Below, one piece after another: positions 26,367 through 35,780 of a DNA stretch of 64,000 bases (position 1 is its first letter; each line of letters starts with the position of its first letter). Under the pieces are notes generated by a model. The model was not told the DNA's origin and did not search any database. It worked only from the letters and a program-made list of their open reading frames with translations. Made by a program: the position numbers and the translations under genes. Source of the DNA: an uncultured Planctomycetaceae bacterium. GTDB taxonomy: Bacteria > Planctomycetota > Planctomycetia > Pirellulales > UBA1268. Location of the stretch: positions 1,563-65,562 of the forward strand of contig CAISJI010000055.1 of assembly GCA_903885565.1 (NCBI GenBank). Reading direction: 5' to 3'.

Positions 26367-27455
26367 GTGAAACCGGTCAGCACACCGTTGCATCCGCTCA
26401 GACTGCTGCTGGTCTGCCTGTGCCTCATCCTCTGGCCGGGGCACCTGCAGGCCCAAAGCCCGAGTGGCTGGCTTCCGGCCAGTTGGTTTTCTTCAGCAGA
26501 TATCGATGAAAAAGCGATGTTTCCGCTGGCGGAGCGAGACGGCCCCTGGCTGGTGCTGGCCACCACCTTCCGTGGCGAAGGCGCCCGCGAAGACGCCAAG
26601 CGGCTGGTGCAGGAACTCCGCGGTATCCATAAGCTCAAGGCCTACACGCACGAAAAATCGTTCGACTACACCGGCACTCCGCAGGGCTTGGGCCTCAATC
26701 GGGATGGCTCCCCCAAGAAGATGCGTTACGCCAACAGTGAACAGGTGGTGGAGGTGGCCGTGTTGGTGGGCGATTTTGCCTCCTTTGACGATTCCCGCGG
26801 CCAAAAACTGCTGTCAAAGGTGAAAAACCTCCACCCGGAGGCCCTCTCCGGCGGCAGCGGCAAAAGCCAGTCGTTCTCTGATTTTCGCCGGATGGTGGGA
26901 CTCGACCGCAACGCCGGCAAAGGTCCCATGCATCTGGCCTTCGTGATCCCCAACCCACTCCTCCCCGAGGACTTCTTCACGCGGCAGTCGGTCGACACCT
27001 TTGTGGTTGAGATGAACGCCGACGTCACCCACTCGCTGCTCGACTGCCCCGGGAGGTTCAGCGTGCGGGTGGCCACGTTCACCGGCGCAGGGACATTTGA
27101 TCAAAAGGCGATTGAGGCTGGCGAGGAGGCCGTCAAGCTGGAGAGCCGCCTCGTCGATGCCGCAGAAAAGGCTCACCGCCTGACTGAATCGCTGCGCCGC
27201 GCTGGCTGGCAGGCCTGGGAATTCCATGACCGTGAGTCGAGCGTGGTCTGTGTCGGGAGTTTCCAGGCGCTGGCCGTTCCTCAGGCCGATGGCAAGGCGG
27301 GACTCGATCCCGAAATGGCCCGCATCGTCCGCGAGCTTGGACCAGATCCCCAGAAGCTGGCTTCGGGGGTGGTGATGCCCCGCACCATCGACGGTATCAT
27401 GCTCGATGTGCAGCCCAAACCGATCGATGTGCCCCGCGTTCCCAAAGGCTGGTGA
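26367..27455 (+). CDS. secreted hypothetical protein with two SPOR-like (beta-alpha-beta-beta) segments
   Basis: In-frame GTG at 26367, 8 nt after AAGGAG (26353-26358). Signal peptide LRLLLVCLCLILWPGHLQAQS. Segments WLVLATTFRGEGAREDAKRLVQELRG and FSVRVATFTGAG...AEKAHRLTESLRRAGWQAWEF. The stop overlaps the rdgB start (ATGA). Confidence 0.6.
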   Translation: MKPVSTPLHPLRLLLVCLCLILWPGHLQAQSPSGWLPASWFSSADIDEKAMFPLAERDGPWLVLATTFRGEGAREDAKRLVQELRGIHKLKAYTHEKSFDYTGTPQGLGLNRDGSPKKMRYANSEQVVEVAVLVGDFASFDDSRGQKLLSKVKNLHPEALSGGSGKSQSFSDFRRMVGLDRNAGKGPMHLAFVIPNPLLPEDFFTRQSVDTFVVEMNADVTHSLLDCPGRFSVRVATFTGAGTFDQKAIEAGEEAVKLESRLVDAAEKAHRLTESLRRAGWQAWEFHDRESSVVCVGSFQALAVPQADGKAGLDPEMARIVRELGPDPQKLASGVVMPRTIDGIMLDVQPKPIDVPRVPKGW

Positions 27456-28081
27456 TGTCGCCTCTGCCCGCCGCGCCACTGGTGCTCGGCACAACCAACG
27501 CCGGCAAGGTGCGGGAACTGCAAGAACTCCTGCTGCCGCTGGGGATCACCTGCCGCTCGCTGGCCGAATTTCCCGCCGCGGTCGATGTCGAGGAAACCGG
27601 CCAGACGTTCGCGGAAAATGCCGCGCTCAAGGCGACCCTGCAAGCCCGCGCCCTTGGACAATGGGTGCTGGCTGAGGATAGCGGTCTGGTGGTGGGCTGC
27701 CTGGGGGGCGCGCCGGGGATTCTTTCGGCCCGGTATTCCGGCGCCGGTGCCACCGACACGAGCAACAACACAATGCTGCTGAAGAACATGCTCGGCAGTT
27801 CTCTCAACTCCTCTGACCGTTCGGCCCACTACGCCTGCCATGCGGCTCTGGCAAATCCGCAGGGGGAGATGGTGGCGACGGCCTGGGGCAACTGCGGCGG
27901 CGTGATCGCCACGGCGCCGGCGGGCCGGGGTGGCTTCGGCTACGACCCCCTGTTCATCGTGCCGGAATACCACCGCACCTTCGGCGAGATCGCTCCGGCG
28001 GTCAAGGCACTGATCAGCCATCGGGCCAGAGCTTTGCGGGCCCTGCTGCCAGCGATCCAAGCCCATCTGGCACCTGGTTGA
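27452..28081 (+). CDS. rdgB: RdgB/HAM1 non-canonical purine NTP pyrophosphatase
   Basis: LVLGTTNAGKVRELQELL, VEETGQTFAENAALKA, EDSGLVV, GGFGYDPLF, ISHRARAL. Confidence 0.88.
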   Translation: MMSPLPAAPLVLGTTNAGKVRELQELLLPLGITCRSLAEFPAAVDVEETGQTFAENAALKATLQARALGQWVLAEDSGLVVGCLGGAPGILSARYSGAGATDTSNNTMLLKNMLGSSLNSSDRSAHYACHAALANPQGEMVATAWGNCGGVIATAPAGRGGFGYDPLFIVPEYHRTFGEIAPAVKALISHRARALRALLPAIQAHLAPG

Positions 28082-28126
28082 CACGCCTTGGAGAACACCT
28101 GATCTCGGCGAAATCGGTGGCTTGGA

Positions 28127-29221
28127 TCAGGTGGGGGCGGCGACAGGCTGGCGCAGGCGCCGCTCGATCACCGCCAGCACATCGGGCGTGCCGTCCATCT
28201 TCCCGCAGACCCCGGTCAGGGCAGACCGGAAGCGGTCGAGGCCTCCCAGAAAGGCCTGCACGTCCTGGGGTGTCACCGTTTCGAGCAACCTGAACTCCCC
28301 GCAGCCCATGCCGGCGAGAAAATGGCTGTTCATGAGTTGCTCGGCATGGGCCTGCTCCGGCAGCACCAGCAGCGGCTTTCCCAGATGGAGCGCCTCCCCG
28401 ATGAGTTGGTTGCCGGCGGCGGCGATCAGACCGCGGCAACTGGCGAGGTCTTCCACAAACTGACGCTCATCGATCGGGTGGAACGAAAGGCTGCCGATCG
28501 GATCTCGAGAACCGAGTCCATAGACCCTCACCGGCAGCCCGCAATCAGCCAAGGAAGCCAGCGTGGAGAAGGGGGTGTGCCGGCGGAGGTAGCTGAGGAT
28601 GAATCCGTGGTCGCTCGGCACGGCCTGCGTAATCGCCTGCCGCAACAGCGGCCCCACTTGAATCACATGCTCCCAGCCCCGCTTGAGTGGTGGACGAAAA
28701 AAAGCCGACACGACCGTATCGGTCGCCCCGGCCGAGTACATCCATACCGCATGACTCATAAACCAGGCATTCCATTGCAATGCCCATGGCAGGGATGAAA
28801 GATCGTAGGAGAGCAAAAAATGCTGGTGATCCACACTCACCAGAGGGATCCTCTGCCTGGCACAGGCGCGGGGCAGCGCTGGCTCGAAATCAGCCACGGC
28901 CAGATCGGCTCCAAAGGCCTCCAACTCCCGTAGCAGGCGATCGACCAGAGGCCCCAGTTGACGGGCTTGGTAGTCGAGGCCGGCGGCAATCGATTTGGCC
29001 ACATCGAGCCGCCCACCGGTGTATTGAAAAACAATCCCCGGGATCTCCGCGAGATGCACTCTTTCCGTGCCCTTCGGAAACCGCTCCGCCAAAAAAACCA
29101 ACGCATCTCCCGACGTGAAAATCAGAATCTCGTGCTCGCGTTTGAGTCGCTCAACGAGCGTGCAGATCCGCGTGGCGTGGCCGCGCCCCTCCCCACACAG
29201 ACTGATCGCAATTTTGGCCAT
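28127..29221 (-). CDS. GT-B glycosyltransferase (MurG/UDP-glycosyltransferase-like)
   Basis: Start at MAKIAISLCGEGRGHATRICTLVERL (ATG at 29221), the typical G-rich N-terminal motif of the GT1/GT28 family. C-terminal AAAGNQLIGEALHLGKPLLVLPEQAHAEQLMNS. The track ORF extends to 29476. Confidence 0.75.
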   Translation of the reverse strand: MAKIAISLCGEGRGHATRICTLVERLKREHEILIFTSGDALVFLAERFPKGTERVHLAEIPGIVFQYTGGRLDVAKSIAAGLDYQARQLGPLVDRLLRELEAFGADLAVADFEPALPRACARQRIPLVSVDHQHFLLSYDLSSLPWALQWNAWFMSHAVWMYSAGATDTVVSAFFRPPLKRGWEHVIQVGPLLRQAITQAVPSDHGFILSYLRRHTPFSTLASLADCGLPVRVYGLGSRDPIGSLSFHPIDERQFVEDLASCRGLIAAAGNQLIGEALHLGKPLLVLPEQAHAEQLMNSHFLAGMGCGEFRLLETVTPQDVQAFLGGLDRFRSALTGVCGKMDGTPDVLAVIERRLRQPVAAPT

Positions 29222-29446
29222 GGATCTGACCGAGCGTGGCCCAGAGAATGTCGTCACCCAACCGCAGCCTGCATTGTGCCAGTTCGCAGGTGGGCAGGAG
29301 AAGACCGTCAGGGCGGTCAGCTTGGGGCCGTGCCGGCTTGGCCCCGAGCGGGTGGTCGACTGGATGTATAGAATGACTCTTGCAGAGCACCGTCGGCCCA
29401 GCCGGCTCCCCACCGCCCGAGGCTGCCTGCGCTGAGAAGGTGCGAC

Positions 29447-30520
29447 GTGCCACGATTCCAACTCTTTTCGCCGCAAACGTTCCGCCGCATGGTGGGTGCG
29501 TGGACGCTTCTGGCCGCGAGCCTGCCGTGTTCAGATTCGTCGCGAAGTGCCGAACCTGAACCACCAGCGGTCGCTGAGATCGTGGCCCGGGTTGGGGACG
29601 AGGAAATCTCTCGAGCCGAACTCAACGCGGCAGTGCACCGACTGCTCGAACTGCAGGGCCGCCCCGCGGAAACGGCTCGCTCCCCAACGCTTGAGGCTCT
29701 TGTTCTGGAACAGCTCATCGGCCAACGCCTCGTCAGGGCGGAGATCGAGCGCAGCCAGATCGTCGTGGATGACGCCGATGTGGACGCCCGCATCATCCTG
29801 ATGCGAGCGCAATTGGCAGCCCGCCCAGATGCCCTGCAGGCCTTCCAGTTGGCCGTCGACCGCGATCCTGCGGCACTGCGCAAGCAACTACGACTGGAGA
29901 TAGCCTTGGAAAAAATGCTGTCAGCACAACTCACGCCCGAAATCCGGCAGCAGGTGTTTGCCCAACATCACCGGGAATTCGACGGGACAAGCCGGCGCGT
30001 CAGCCACATTGTTTTGCGACCGGTGGCCGGAGGCGCAAGCGACAGCCTGCCGGCATTGGAGCATCAGGCTGCAGCGCTGCGGACCAAAATCCTTGCTGGA
30101 GAACTGAGCTTCACGGCCGCAGCCGAAAAATATTCCGCTGGCCCCAGCCGCCACCGCGGCGGGGACATCGGCTTTATTCCCCGCCACAGTGCACTCGACG
30201 AGGAATTTTCGCGGGTGGCTTTCACGCTGGAAACGAAAACGATCTCGCCGCCGTTTCTGACCGCTGCCGGCATGCATCTGCTGACTGTCACCGAAGAGCG
30301 ACCGGGGAGCATTCCGGTTGAGCAAATACGGCCTCAGCTCGACAGGATCGTGGCTCAGGAACTGCTGCGACAGCGGGTGGCGGGTGCCCGCCAGACGACG
30401 CCTGTTTCCTATTCGCCCGGAGTGCCCCATTTTGAGTCCACGCCACCAGCGAGTCCGGGGAGTCCCCGCCGGGTGGTTGTGGACCCTTCCGCACCCGCAG
30501 CCCCCCGCGGGGCTGAATAA
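29447..30520 (+). CDS. parvulin-type peptidyl-prolyl isomerase (SurA/PrsA-like)
   Basis: SurA-N-like helical region followed by a PPIC rotamase motif: RRVSHIVLRP...KYSAGPSRHRGGDIGFIPRHSALDEEFSRVAF...PPFLTAAGMHLLTVTE. Start uncertain (GTG 29447 or ATG 29489). Confidence 0.75.
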   Translation: MPRFQLFSPQTFRRMVGAWTLLAASLPCSDSSRSAEPEPPAVAEIVARVGDEEISRAELNAAVHRLLELQGRPAETARSPTLEALVLEQLIGQRLVRAEIERSQIVVDDADVDARIILMRAQLAARPDALQAFQLAVDRDPAALRKQLRLEIALEKMLSAQLTPEIRQQVFAQHHREFDGTSRRVSHIVLRPVAGGASDSLPALEHQAAALRTKILAGELSFTAAAEKYSAGPSRHRGGDIGFIPRHSALDEEFSRVAFTLETKTISPPFLTAAGMHLLTVTEERPGSIPVEQIRPQLDRIVAQELLRQRVAGARQTTPVSYSPGVPHFESTPPASPGSPRRVVVDPSAPAAPRGAE

Positions 30521-30795
30521 GCGTTCCTGTTCGGCCCCCTGGAAGGCCCTTGGAGCGAGCGTCGACCACCGGCACAGCGGCGGCTTTCGCCGACCAGCAG
30601 GCGGTTCCTTTGATCCACCGCGTGCCCGGGGCGGGGCTGCCATTCCCATTGCCGGCGACGGCGAGCGCGGATGATTTCCGGCCGTAAATTCGCCCTGTTT
30701 GTCGCCCTGTTTTTGGATTGTGGCCCCGCTTCTGGTCCGCTACCCTCGCCGCTCATCACCGCCCCCTTCGCGCCCGGCGTGGCCCCCTTTCAACC

Positions 30796-31641
30796 ATGAA
30801 ACTGCGCTCCTCACTGCTCATTGCCTGCATGGTGATCGTGCCGCTCCTGGCGATGTTTTCCCACAAGATTCCCAGGCAGGCCCGAGCCGCGGCCCGGGAA
30901 CATGTCTGGAACCCGGTTCAGCAGGCGATTCTGTCGGCATTCGACATGGAATCGACAGCCCACCCCACGACCGGAAGCGTGGCCTCCATGACAGCGACTC
31001 CGAAATTGATGCCGCCGTCCACCGGGGCGACTCCCCTGAGCACACAGCCGCTGCCGCCAGTTGCACTGCCAGAAAACCCGGCTCCTCTGGCGGCTCCTCC
31101 CCCCGCGGCCGCCGAGCCGCCGGCTCCACTGGAGCGAATCGATCCTGTGGTTCTTGATCCTGTCGCCCTGCAAACGCAGCCTCTGACTCCCCCACCAGCC
31201 CCACGGGGACGGCAGGTTGCCGCGGCTTTGGCCTCCGCGACACGGGGCGAGTGGCAGAAGCCAGCGTTCCCCGCCAGCGAGTCGGCAGGCAGTCCCCCGC
31301 AGGCCACCCTGACGTCGTTCGACGCCACCACCCCACTGCCCGACGTCCGCTCCACAGCGGGGCGACAGGCCCTGGAAGATCGGCTTCGCCAACTGGGAGC
31401 CTTGGCGTTTGAATGGACCCCGCTGAAGGCTGGAGACGGGGTTCATGGCTGTTCGTGCAGTTTGGCGGTCGACACAAGCGGACAACTGCACAGAGTATTC
31501 CATGGTTCGGGCTCCGATCCCACCGCTGCAGCAGACAATCTCCTGGCTCACATTGACGCCTGGCAACGGACCCGCAGCCCGCAGGCCGTGGCCACAGGGC
31601 GGGCCTCGCTCGGCCCAACAGCCCCCCCTTCGCCCTACTGA
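30796..31641 (+). CDS. membrane-anchored Pro-rich hypothetical protein
   Basis: ATG at 30796 (MKLRSSLLIACMVIVPLLAMF), Pro/Ala-rich middle, structured C-terminal ~90 aa. The track ORF starts at TTG 30718. Confidence 0.5.
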   Translation: MKLRSSLLIACMVIVPLLAMFSHKIPRQARAAAREHVWNPVQQAILSAFDMESTAHPTTGSVASMTATPKLMPPSTGATPLSTQPLPPVALPENPAPLAAPPPAAAEPPAPLERIDPVVLDPVALQTQPLTPPPAPRGRQVAAALASATRGEWQKPAFPASESAGSPPQATLTSFDATTPLPDVRSTAGRQALEDRLRQLGALAFEWTPLKAGDGVHGCSCSLAVDTSGQLHRVFHGSGSDPTAAADNLLAHIDAWQRTRSPQAVATGRASLGPTAPPSPY

Positions 31642-31699
31642 AAATCGTGAATTCCCGGCTTTTTTTCGCGAGCGACTTCTGACAGCAGGCGGGGTAGTC

Positions 31700-32437
31700 A
31701 TGCGATGGCAGCAGCGAGGATCGCGCCGACGGGGTTGCAGTCCTCTCAGGCCGGGCAGACTGGAGCTGGTGTCGGGGGCTGCGCGCAGAGAGACCGCGCC
31801 CGCCCGTCGGAGGCAGTGGAGGTGGCTGCGCCGGGCAGATCCGCCGACGGCCAGCGCCCCAGTCACGCCTGGCCCCCACTGCCGCAGCGAGGAACTGGCT
31901 CGGCTGGAAGCGGCGCTGTTTCTCTCGCGAGAACCCCTCAGCCCCCGCAGGCTCGCAAAACTGGCTCGCCTGCCCGACGGGACGCGGGCCCGCTCCCTCA
32001 TGCGAGAGCTCCAATCGCTGCATGAAGCCTCGGGAAGTGCCTTCCGGGTGGAGCAGATCGCCGGCGGATTTCAGCTGCTGACCCGAGCGGCGTTCGGTCC
32101 CTGGCTGAGGCGACTCCTGACCGCCTCCCCGGAAACCCGACTTTCAACGGCAGCCTTGGAAACGCTGGCAATCGTGGCCTACCGCCAGCCAGTTACCCGG
32201 GCCGAAATTGAGGCCATTCGCGGGGTTGGCTGCGAGGAGATGCTACGGCATCTCCTGGAACGCGATTTCCTGGCCATTGGTGGCCGGACCGAGGAACTCG
32301 GCCGCCCGAACGTCTATCAAACGTCAAAGCGTTTTTTGCGGGCATTTGGGCTTTCCCGTATCGAAGACCTCCCCAATATCGGTCCGATTTCTCACCCCTC
32401 GGCAACGGCCATCGGTGGCAGTGTGGCCACCGCCTGA
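31700..32437 (+). CDS. scpB: segregation and condensation protein B
   Basis: LEAALFLSREPLSPRRLAKL, FRVEQIAGGFQL, LSTAALETLAIVAYRQPVTRAEIEAIRGV and GRPNVYQTSKRFLRAFGL are classical ScpB winged-helix motifs. An Arg-rich ~70-aa N-terminal extension makes the start uncertain. Confidence 0.8.
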   Translation: MRWQQRGSRRRGCSPLRPGRLELVSGAARRETAPARRRQWRWLRRADPPTASAPVTPGPHCRSEELARLEAALFLSREPLSPRRLAKLARLPDGTRARSLMRELQSLHEASGSAFRVEQIAGGFQLLTRAAFGPWLRRLLTASPETRLSTAALETLAIVAYRQPVTRAEIEAIRGVGCEEMLRHLLERDFLAIGGRTEELGRPNVYQTSKRFLRAFGLSRIEDLPNIGPISHPSATAIGGSVATA

Positions 32438-32927
32438 CTTCCTCCCGGAAATTTTTCCGTCAACTTTTTGAGGGCGCCTTGCACTTCGCCGGAATGGGCG
32501 ACACACTTTGCGATCCCGTGGCTGGTCTGACGATTGAAATTGGGTTGGTGGCGATGGGCCCGCAAAAACTTTTTCTGCCCAAGAGTTGGATGATTTCGCA
32601 CGATCGGGTAGAGAAGTTACCGAAGATTGTCTGCGGACATCGCCTGCAGGCTGCCCGTCACATCGGTTGGCACTGATGGCGACGGATCAGGATATCTGTC
32701 GATGGCTCTGTCGAGGACCGTTTCTGACATGGAATCGGCGCGGATCGTTGCGGTGATGTCGGTAGTTGTGGGAGAAAGGGTACGGTAGTGGATGGCTGTC
32801 GCCATGACGGTGCATCAACTGCCCGAATGCCAATGCAGAGTGCTGGAAGGTGCGTCGTTTTTTTGTTTCGTCTTTTTGTTCACCCGCCGCTGAAGCGATC
32901 GTGAACAGTCTCGAGGGAGGTTTTGCC

Positions 32928-33386
32928 GTGACGAGTGTTGCGAGCCCCAAAGGGCGTCCAAACGGTTTGGACTCCAATATGTTGTTCTGCTGGGACGAAC
33001 TGCCGGAGCTGCTTGCGGCCGTGGAACTTTTTGATGGCTCAGAAGCCGCTCCGCTGGTCGGCAAACTGGCTGCTGTCGTTCCGATGGCCGCGAAAGACGA
33101 GGATGAGGACGACGATGAAGAGGAAGATCTCGATGATGATGATGACGAAGATGAAGATGATGATGACTTAGACGACGAAGATGACGAAGACGAAGACGAT
33201 GAGTGGGAAGAAGTCGACGACGAGGAAGAAGAGGACGAAGAAGAGGACGACGCTGAGGATGAGGAGGAAGAGGAGGAGGACGACGAAGAGGAAGAGGACG
33301 ACGACGAAGATTGGGAAGATGACGACGACGACTGGGAAGATGACGACGAAGAGGAAGAAGAGGAAGAAGAGGACGATGAAGACTGA
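32928..33386 (+). CDS. small protein with extreme poly-Asp/Glu C-terminal tail (hypothetical)
   Basis: GTG at 32928 lies 7 nt after GAGGGAGG. ~55-aa N-terminal part (..MLFCWDELPELLAAVELFDGSEAAPLVGKLAAVVPMAAK), then 96 residues of which 89 are D/E. Strand choice against the antisense poly-Ser ORF is a judgement call: both frames share wobble positions. Confidence 0.45.
   Translation: MTSVASPKGRPNGLDSNMLFCWDELPELLAAVELFDGSEAAPLVGKLAAVVPMAAKDEDEDDDEEEDLDDDDDEDEDDDDLDDEDDEDEDDEWEEVDDEEEEDEEEDDAEDEEEEEEDDEEEEDDDEDWEDDDDDWEDDDEEEEEEEEDDED
33096..33383 (+). repeat. GA-rich low-complexity tract (GAA/GAC/GAG/GAT codon run)
   Basis: 288 nt of almost uninterrupted GAN codons. Only 7 non-acidic residues (2 L, 3 W, 1 V, 1 A). 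Confidence 0.9.
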
Positions 33387-33466
33387 CCTCCTGTGGTCTC
33401 TGTCTTCTTCAGCTTTTGGAAGTTCCCTGCAGCGGCTGGCCGTGCGTTCACAAGTTGCCGAAGCTG

Positions 33467-34795
33467 TTATTCGGCCACCGCTTCCAGCCTGAGCATGCGC
33501 CCCCTCCGGTCGACTTCGATCACCACCCGGTTTCCGGCAGCACCAAGGCGTTGCACCATGTCTGCCTGATCGCCGATCGTCTGATGATCGATCGACACGA
33601 CGCGGTCGCCAATCGCCAACCCTGCTCTGGCCAGCGGCGAATGTGGTGTGATGCGCACCACCACCGGCGCGGTCGGCTCCCCCGGATCCTCCCTTGTTCC
33701 CATGCCCCACCGCGGGCGGGCTCCGGCCGGATGGCTGGGAGGTTCTGCTGCCGGCGACTCCAGCGCGGAACGGTTTGCCGGTGATTCCTGGCGGCAACGG
33801 GGCCGAAACACCGGCACTTGGGTGCCGGTGGCAACGGCGGTGACACAATCGAGAGCCAACTGGGCCACCGGTTCGATGCCGGAGAAGTTCACCAATTCCG
33901 TGTCGTCGCTGGGGCGATGGTATTGCTCGTGCAGGCCGGTGTGCAGCATCAGGGTGGGAATCTGCGCCGCGATGAACGGATAATGATCGGAGTCGTCGGC
34001 GATCTCCCAATCGAACACCAACTCCAGATTGGTAGCCGCGTTGGCGCCCACCAGCAGCGCCCTGAGGCCCTGAGCTGAGCGGCCCCCAAACACCTCCAAC
34101 CGCTCGCCCCGCAGCCGACCGATCATGTCGAGATTCAGGGAAAAAACGATCTTCTGTCGGGACAGTGGCTGCGGCCGCACCCTCAGGAAGTGATAGGAGC
34201 CCAGCAACCCCTTCTCCTCGCCATCCCAAAACGCGATCAGGATGGAACGCCGGGGAGCGGTCGGAAGCATTGTCAGCGCTTCGGCAACTTCAATCAGCCC
34301 GGCCACGCCCGAGGCGTTGTCGTCGGCTCCGTTGTGGATGAAGCCGGTGGGGCCGTTGCTCGTGGCGGCCGTGCCATAACCGACGTGGTCGTAATGGGCA
34401 CCCACCACGATCAGTTCCTCGGCCACCACGGGGTCGCTGCCGGGCAGCAGGGCCAGAATATTGCGCATGCTGCCGAAGCGCTGGAAGTAGCTCCCGCCGT
34501 CTCCGGCCGGCACCAGCGGCATCCGTTGCAGGGCGTCGGCAATATAGGCCCCAGCAGCCTGCCCCCCGCGGCTTCCCCCTTCGCGTCCTTCAAAGGCATC
34601 GGCGGCCAGGGCCGAGACATGCCGCGAGGCATCGGCAGCCAGAATGCTCCTCCGGGCGGCCACATGCTCCTCGGCCACTGCCAGCCGGCACGGCAGCAGG
34701 AGGCACGCCAGCAGGGCCGGTATGACGAGGCCCCGGCCGAGCGGGCCTGCAGGACGGTCTGGAGGCGTCTGGAGAGCCCGTCGGGGCGCTGGCAT
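33467..34795 (-). CDS. M28 family metallopeptidase with C-terminal PDZ domain
   Basis: VGAHYDHVGYG, NGADDNASGVAGLIEVAEAL and FWDGEEKGLLGSYHF are M28 zinc ligand motifs. The C-terminal VVVRITPHSPLARAGLAIGDRVVSIDHQTI is PDZ-like. Confidence 0.8.
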   Translation of the reverse strand: MPAPRRALQTPPDRPAGPLGRGLVIPALLACLLLPCRLAVAEEHVAARRSILAADASRHVSALAADAFEGREGGSRGGQAAGAYIADALQRMPLVPAGDGGSYFQRFGSMRNILALLPGSDPVVAEELIVVGAHYDHVGYGTAATSNGPTGFIHNGADDNASGVAGLIEVAEALTMLPTAPRRSILIAFWDGEEKGLLGSYHFLRVRPQPLSRQKIVFSLNLDMIGRLRGERLEVFGGRSAQGLRALLVGANAATNLELVFDWEIADDSDHYPFIAAQIPTLMLHTGLHEQYHRPSDDTELVNFSGIEPVAQLALDCVTAVATGTQVPVFRPRCRQESPANRSALESPAAEPPSHPAGARPRWGMGTREDPGEPTAPVVVRITPHSPLARAGLAIGDRVVSIDHQTIGDQADMVQRLGAAGNRVVIEVDRRGRMLRLEAVAE

Positions 34796-34918
34796 AGAGT
34801 ATTCCTGCGGGCCCTTGGCCTGACGCTTTTCCAGCCGCCATCGCGGGTGGCACCTTGCGGAGGGAGGGCCCAGCGGCCAGAATACGCTGGTGATTCGGTT
34901 TCCTGACAGGCCGTCCTG

Positions 34919-35017
34919 TTTGGAGAGGTGGCAGAGCGGTCGAATGCGCGTCTTTGCTAAAGACGTGTCCGGTCAAAAGCTGGACCGCGGGTTCGAATCC
35001 CGCCCTCTCCGTTTGGT
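34919..35017 (+). repeat. 99-bp direct repeat, copy 1 (tRNA-Ser plus 3 nt 5' and 6 nt 3')
   Basis: Identical by eye to 35971-36069. Confidence 0.85.
34922..35011 (+). tRNA. tRNA-Ser (anticodon GCU), copy 1
   Basis: GGAGAGG acceptor stem paired with CCTCTCC, anticodon stem CGTCT/AGACG with loop TTGCTAA (GCT anticodon), long variable arm, T-arm CGCGGGTTCGAATCCCGC. 90 nt. Confidence 0.92.
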
Positions 35018-35146
35018 GACGCATTGGTTCCGCGATTTCCCTACCCATAGCGGCGGCCGGTACGACCTTGGCTCGACCAACGAGCGGGGCCCGGTCGCCA
35101 TTGTCTTCTTCACCCGGAGCGAGTGTGAGGGCGGCTGGCTCAAAGG

Positions 35147-35554
35147 CTAACCCGCCCAGAGCGTCGCCACCCGCGAGCGGCGGATGCGGGTATCGTGGGT
35201 CGCGAGGGAAAGCCCCGCTGCCCGGGCGGTCGCCGCGATGAGGCGATCGGCAGGATCCTGATGGAACGATCGCGGCAGCCGATTCATCTCCGCGACCACA
35301 GCCGGTGTGATCGGGAGGAGCTCGACGGTGGCGGGGGAGGCGGCGATCCGCAGCCAGTCTTCCAACCGCTTATCGAGCCGCAAGCGTTCCAATTGAACGA
35401 GCAGGGCCACTTCCCAGAGACTGATGTCGCAGAGCTTGGGACGCTGTCCGCTCGGCAGATCGTCGAGGGCGTCGCGTTCCCGGGCCGGGAGTCTGGCATC
35501 CCCGATCATCCACCAGATCCAGACGTGAGTGTCGAGGAGCGGGGGCATCGTCAT
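35147..35554 (-). CDS. vapC: PIN-domain type II toxin (VapC-like)
   Basis: LLDTHVWIWW (first acidic residue context), ISLWEVALL and ADRLIAATA are typical of VapC/PIN. The start overlaps the antitoxin stop (ATGA at 35551-35554). Confidence 0.8.
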   Translation of the reverse strand: MTMPPLLDTHVWIWWMIGDARLPARERDALDDLPSGQRPKLCDISLWEVALLVQLERLRLDKRLEDWLRIAASPATVELLPITPAVVAEMNRLPRSFHQDPADRLIAATARAAGLSLATHDTRIRRSRVATLWAG

Positions 35555-35778
35555 GATTGCAAGACTTCGATATCGGCTTCTTTGATGACGGGGGCGAACG
35601 GATCACCGCAGAACTCCCCTCGGCCGCGGAGGGCGAGCCAAGGCTTCTCGTCGCGGGCGGCCACCACTCGGGCCACAGGCCGCCCCCGCTTGAGGATGAC
35701 GAGCTCTTCCCCGGTCTGACTGACCTGGGTGAGGAGGCGCAGGCATTGAGCCTTGAAGGCACTGGCTGAGATTTCCAT
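35551..35778 (-). CDS. Phd/YefM-type antitoxin (VapB-like)
   Basis: MEISASAFKAQCLRLLTQVSQTGEELVILKRGRPVARVV is a typical Phd/YefM N-terminus. 75 aa, immediately upstream of and coupled to the PIN gene. The track ORF extends to 35853. Confidence 0.7.
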   Translation of the reverse strand: MEISASAFKAQCLRLLTQVSQTGEELVILKRGRPVARVVAARDEKPWLALRGRGEFCGDPFAPVIKEADIEVLQS

Positions 35779-35780
35779 AA

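Noticed and set aside
30811-32023. Two ~400-aa minus-strand ORFs (30811-32001 and 30818-32023)
   Set aside because: They overlap each other in different frames and are antisense to the Pro-rich gene and scpB. Their composition is Arg/Gly/Pro-rich with no motifs.
32687-33451. 254-aa poly-Ser ORF antisense to the acidic-tail gene
   Set aside because: It shares wobble positions with the plus-strand frame, so codon bias cannot decide. I rejected it provisionally because its non-repeat parts are His/Arg-rich low-complexity sequence, with no SD or plausible N-terminus. The plus strand has an SD plus a protein-like N-terminal region. The strand remains unproven.
34590-35048. 152-aa minus-strand ORF, and its twin at 35603-36079, both containing ERAGFEPAVQLLTGHVFSKDAHSTALPPLQ
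   Set aside because: The shared peptide is simply the antisense translation of the duplicated tRNA-Ser gene, not a conserved protein.
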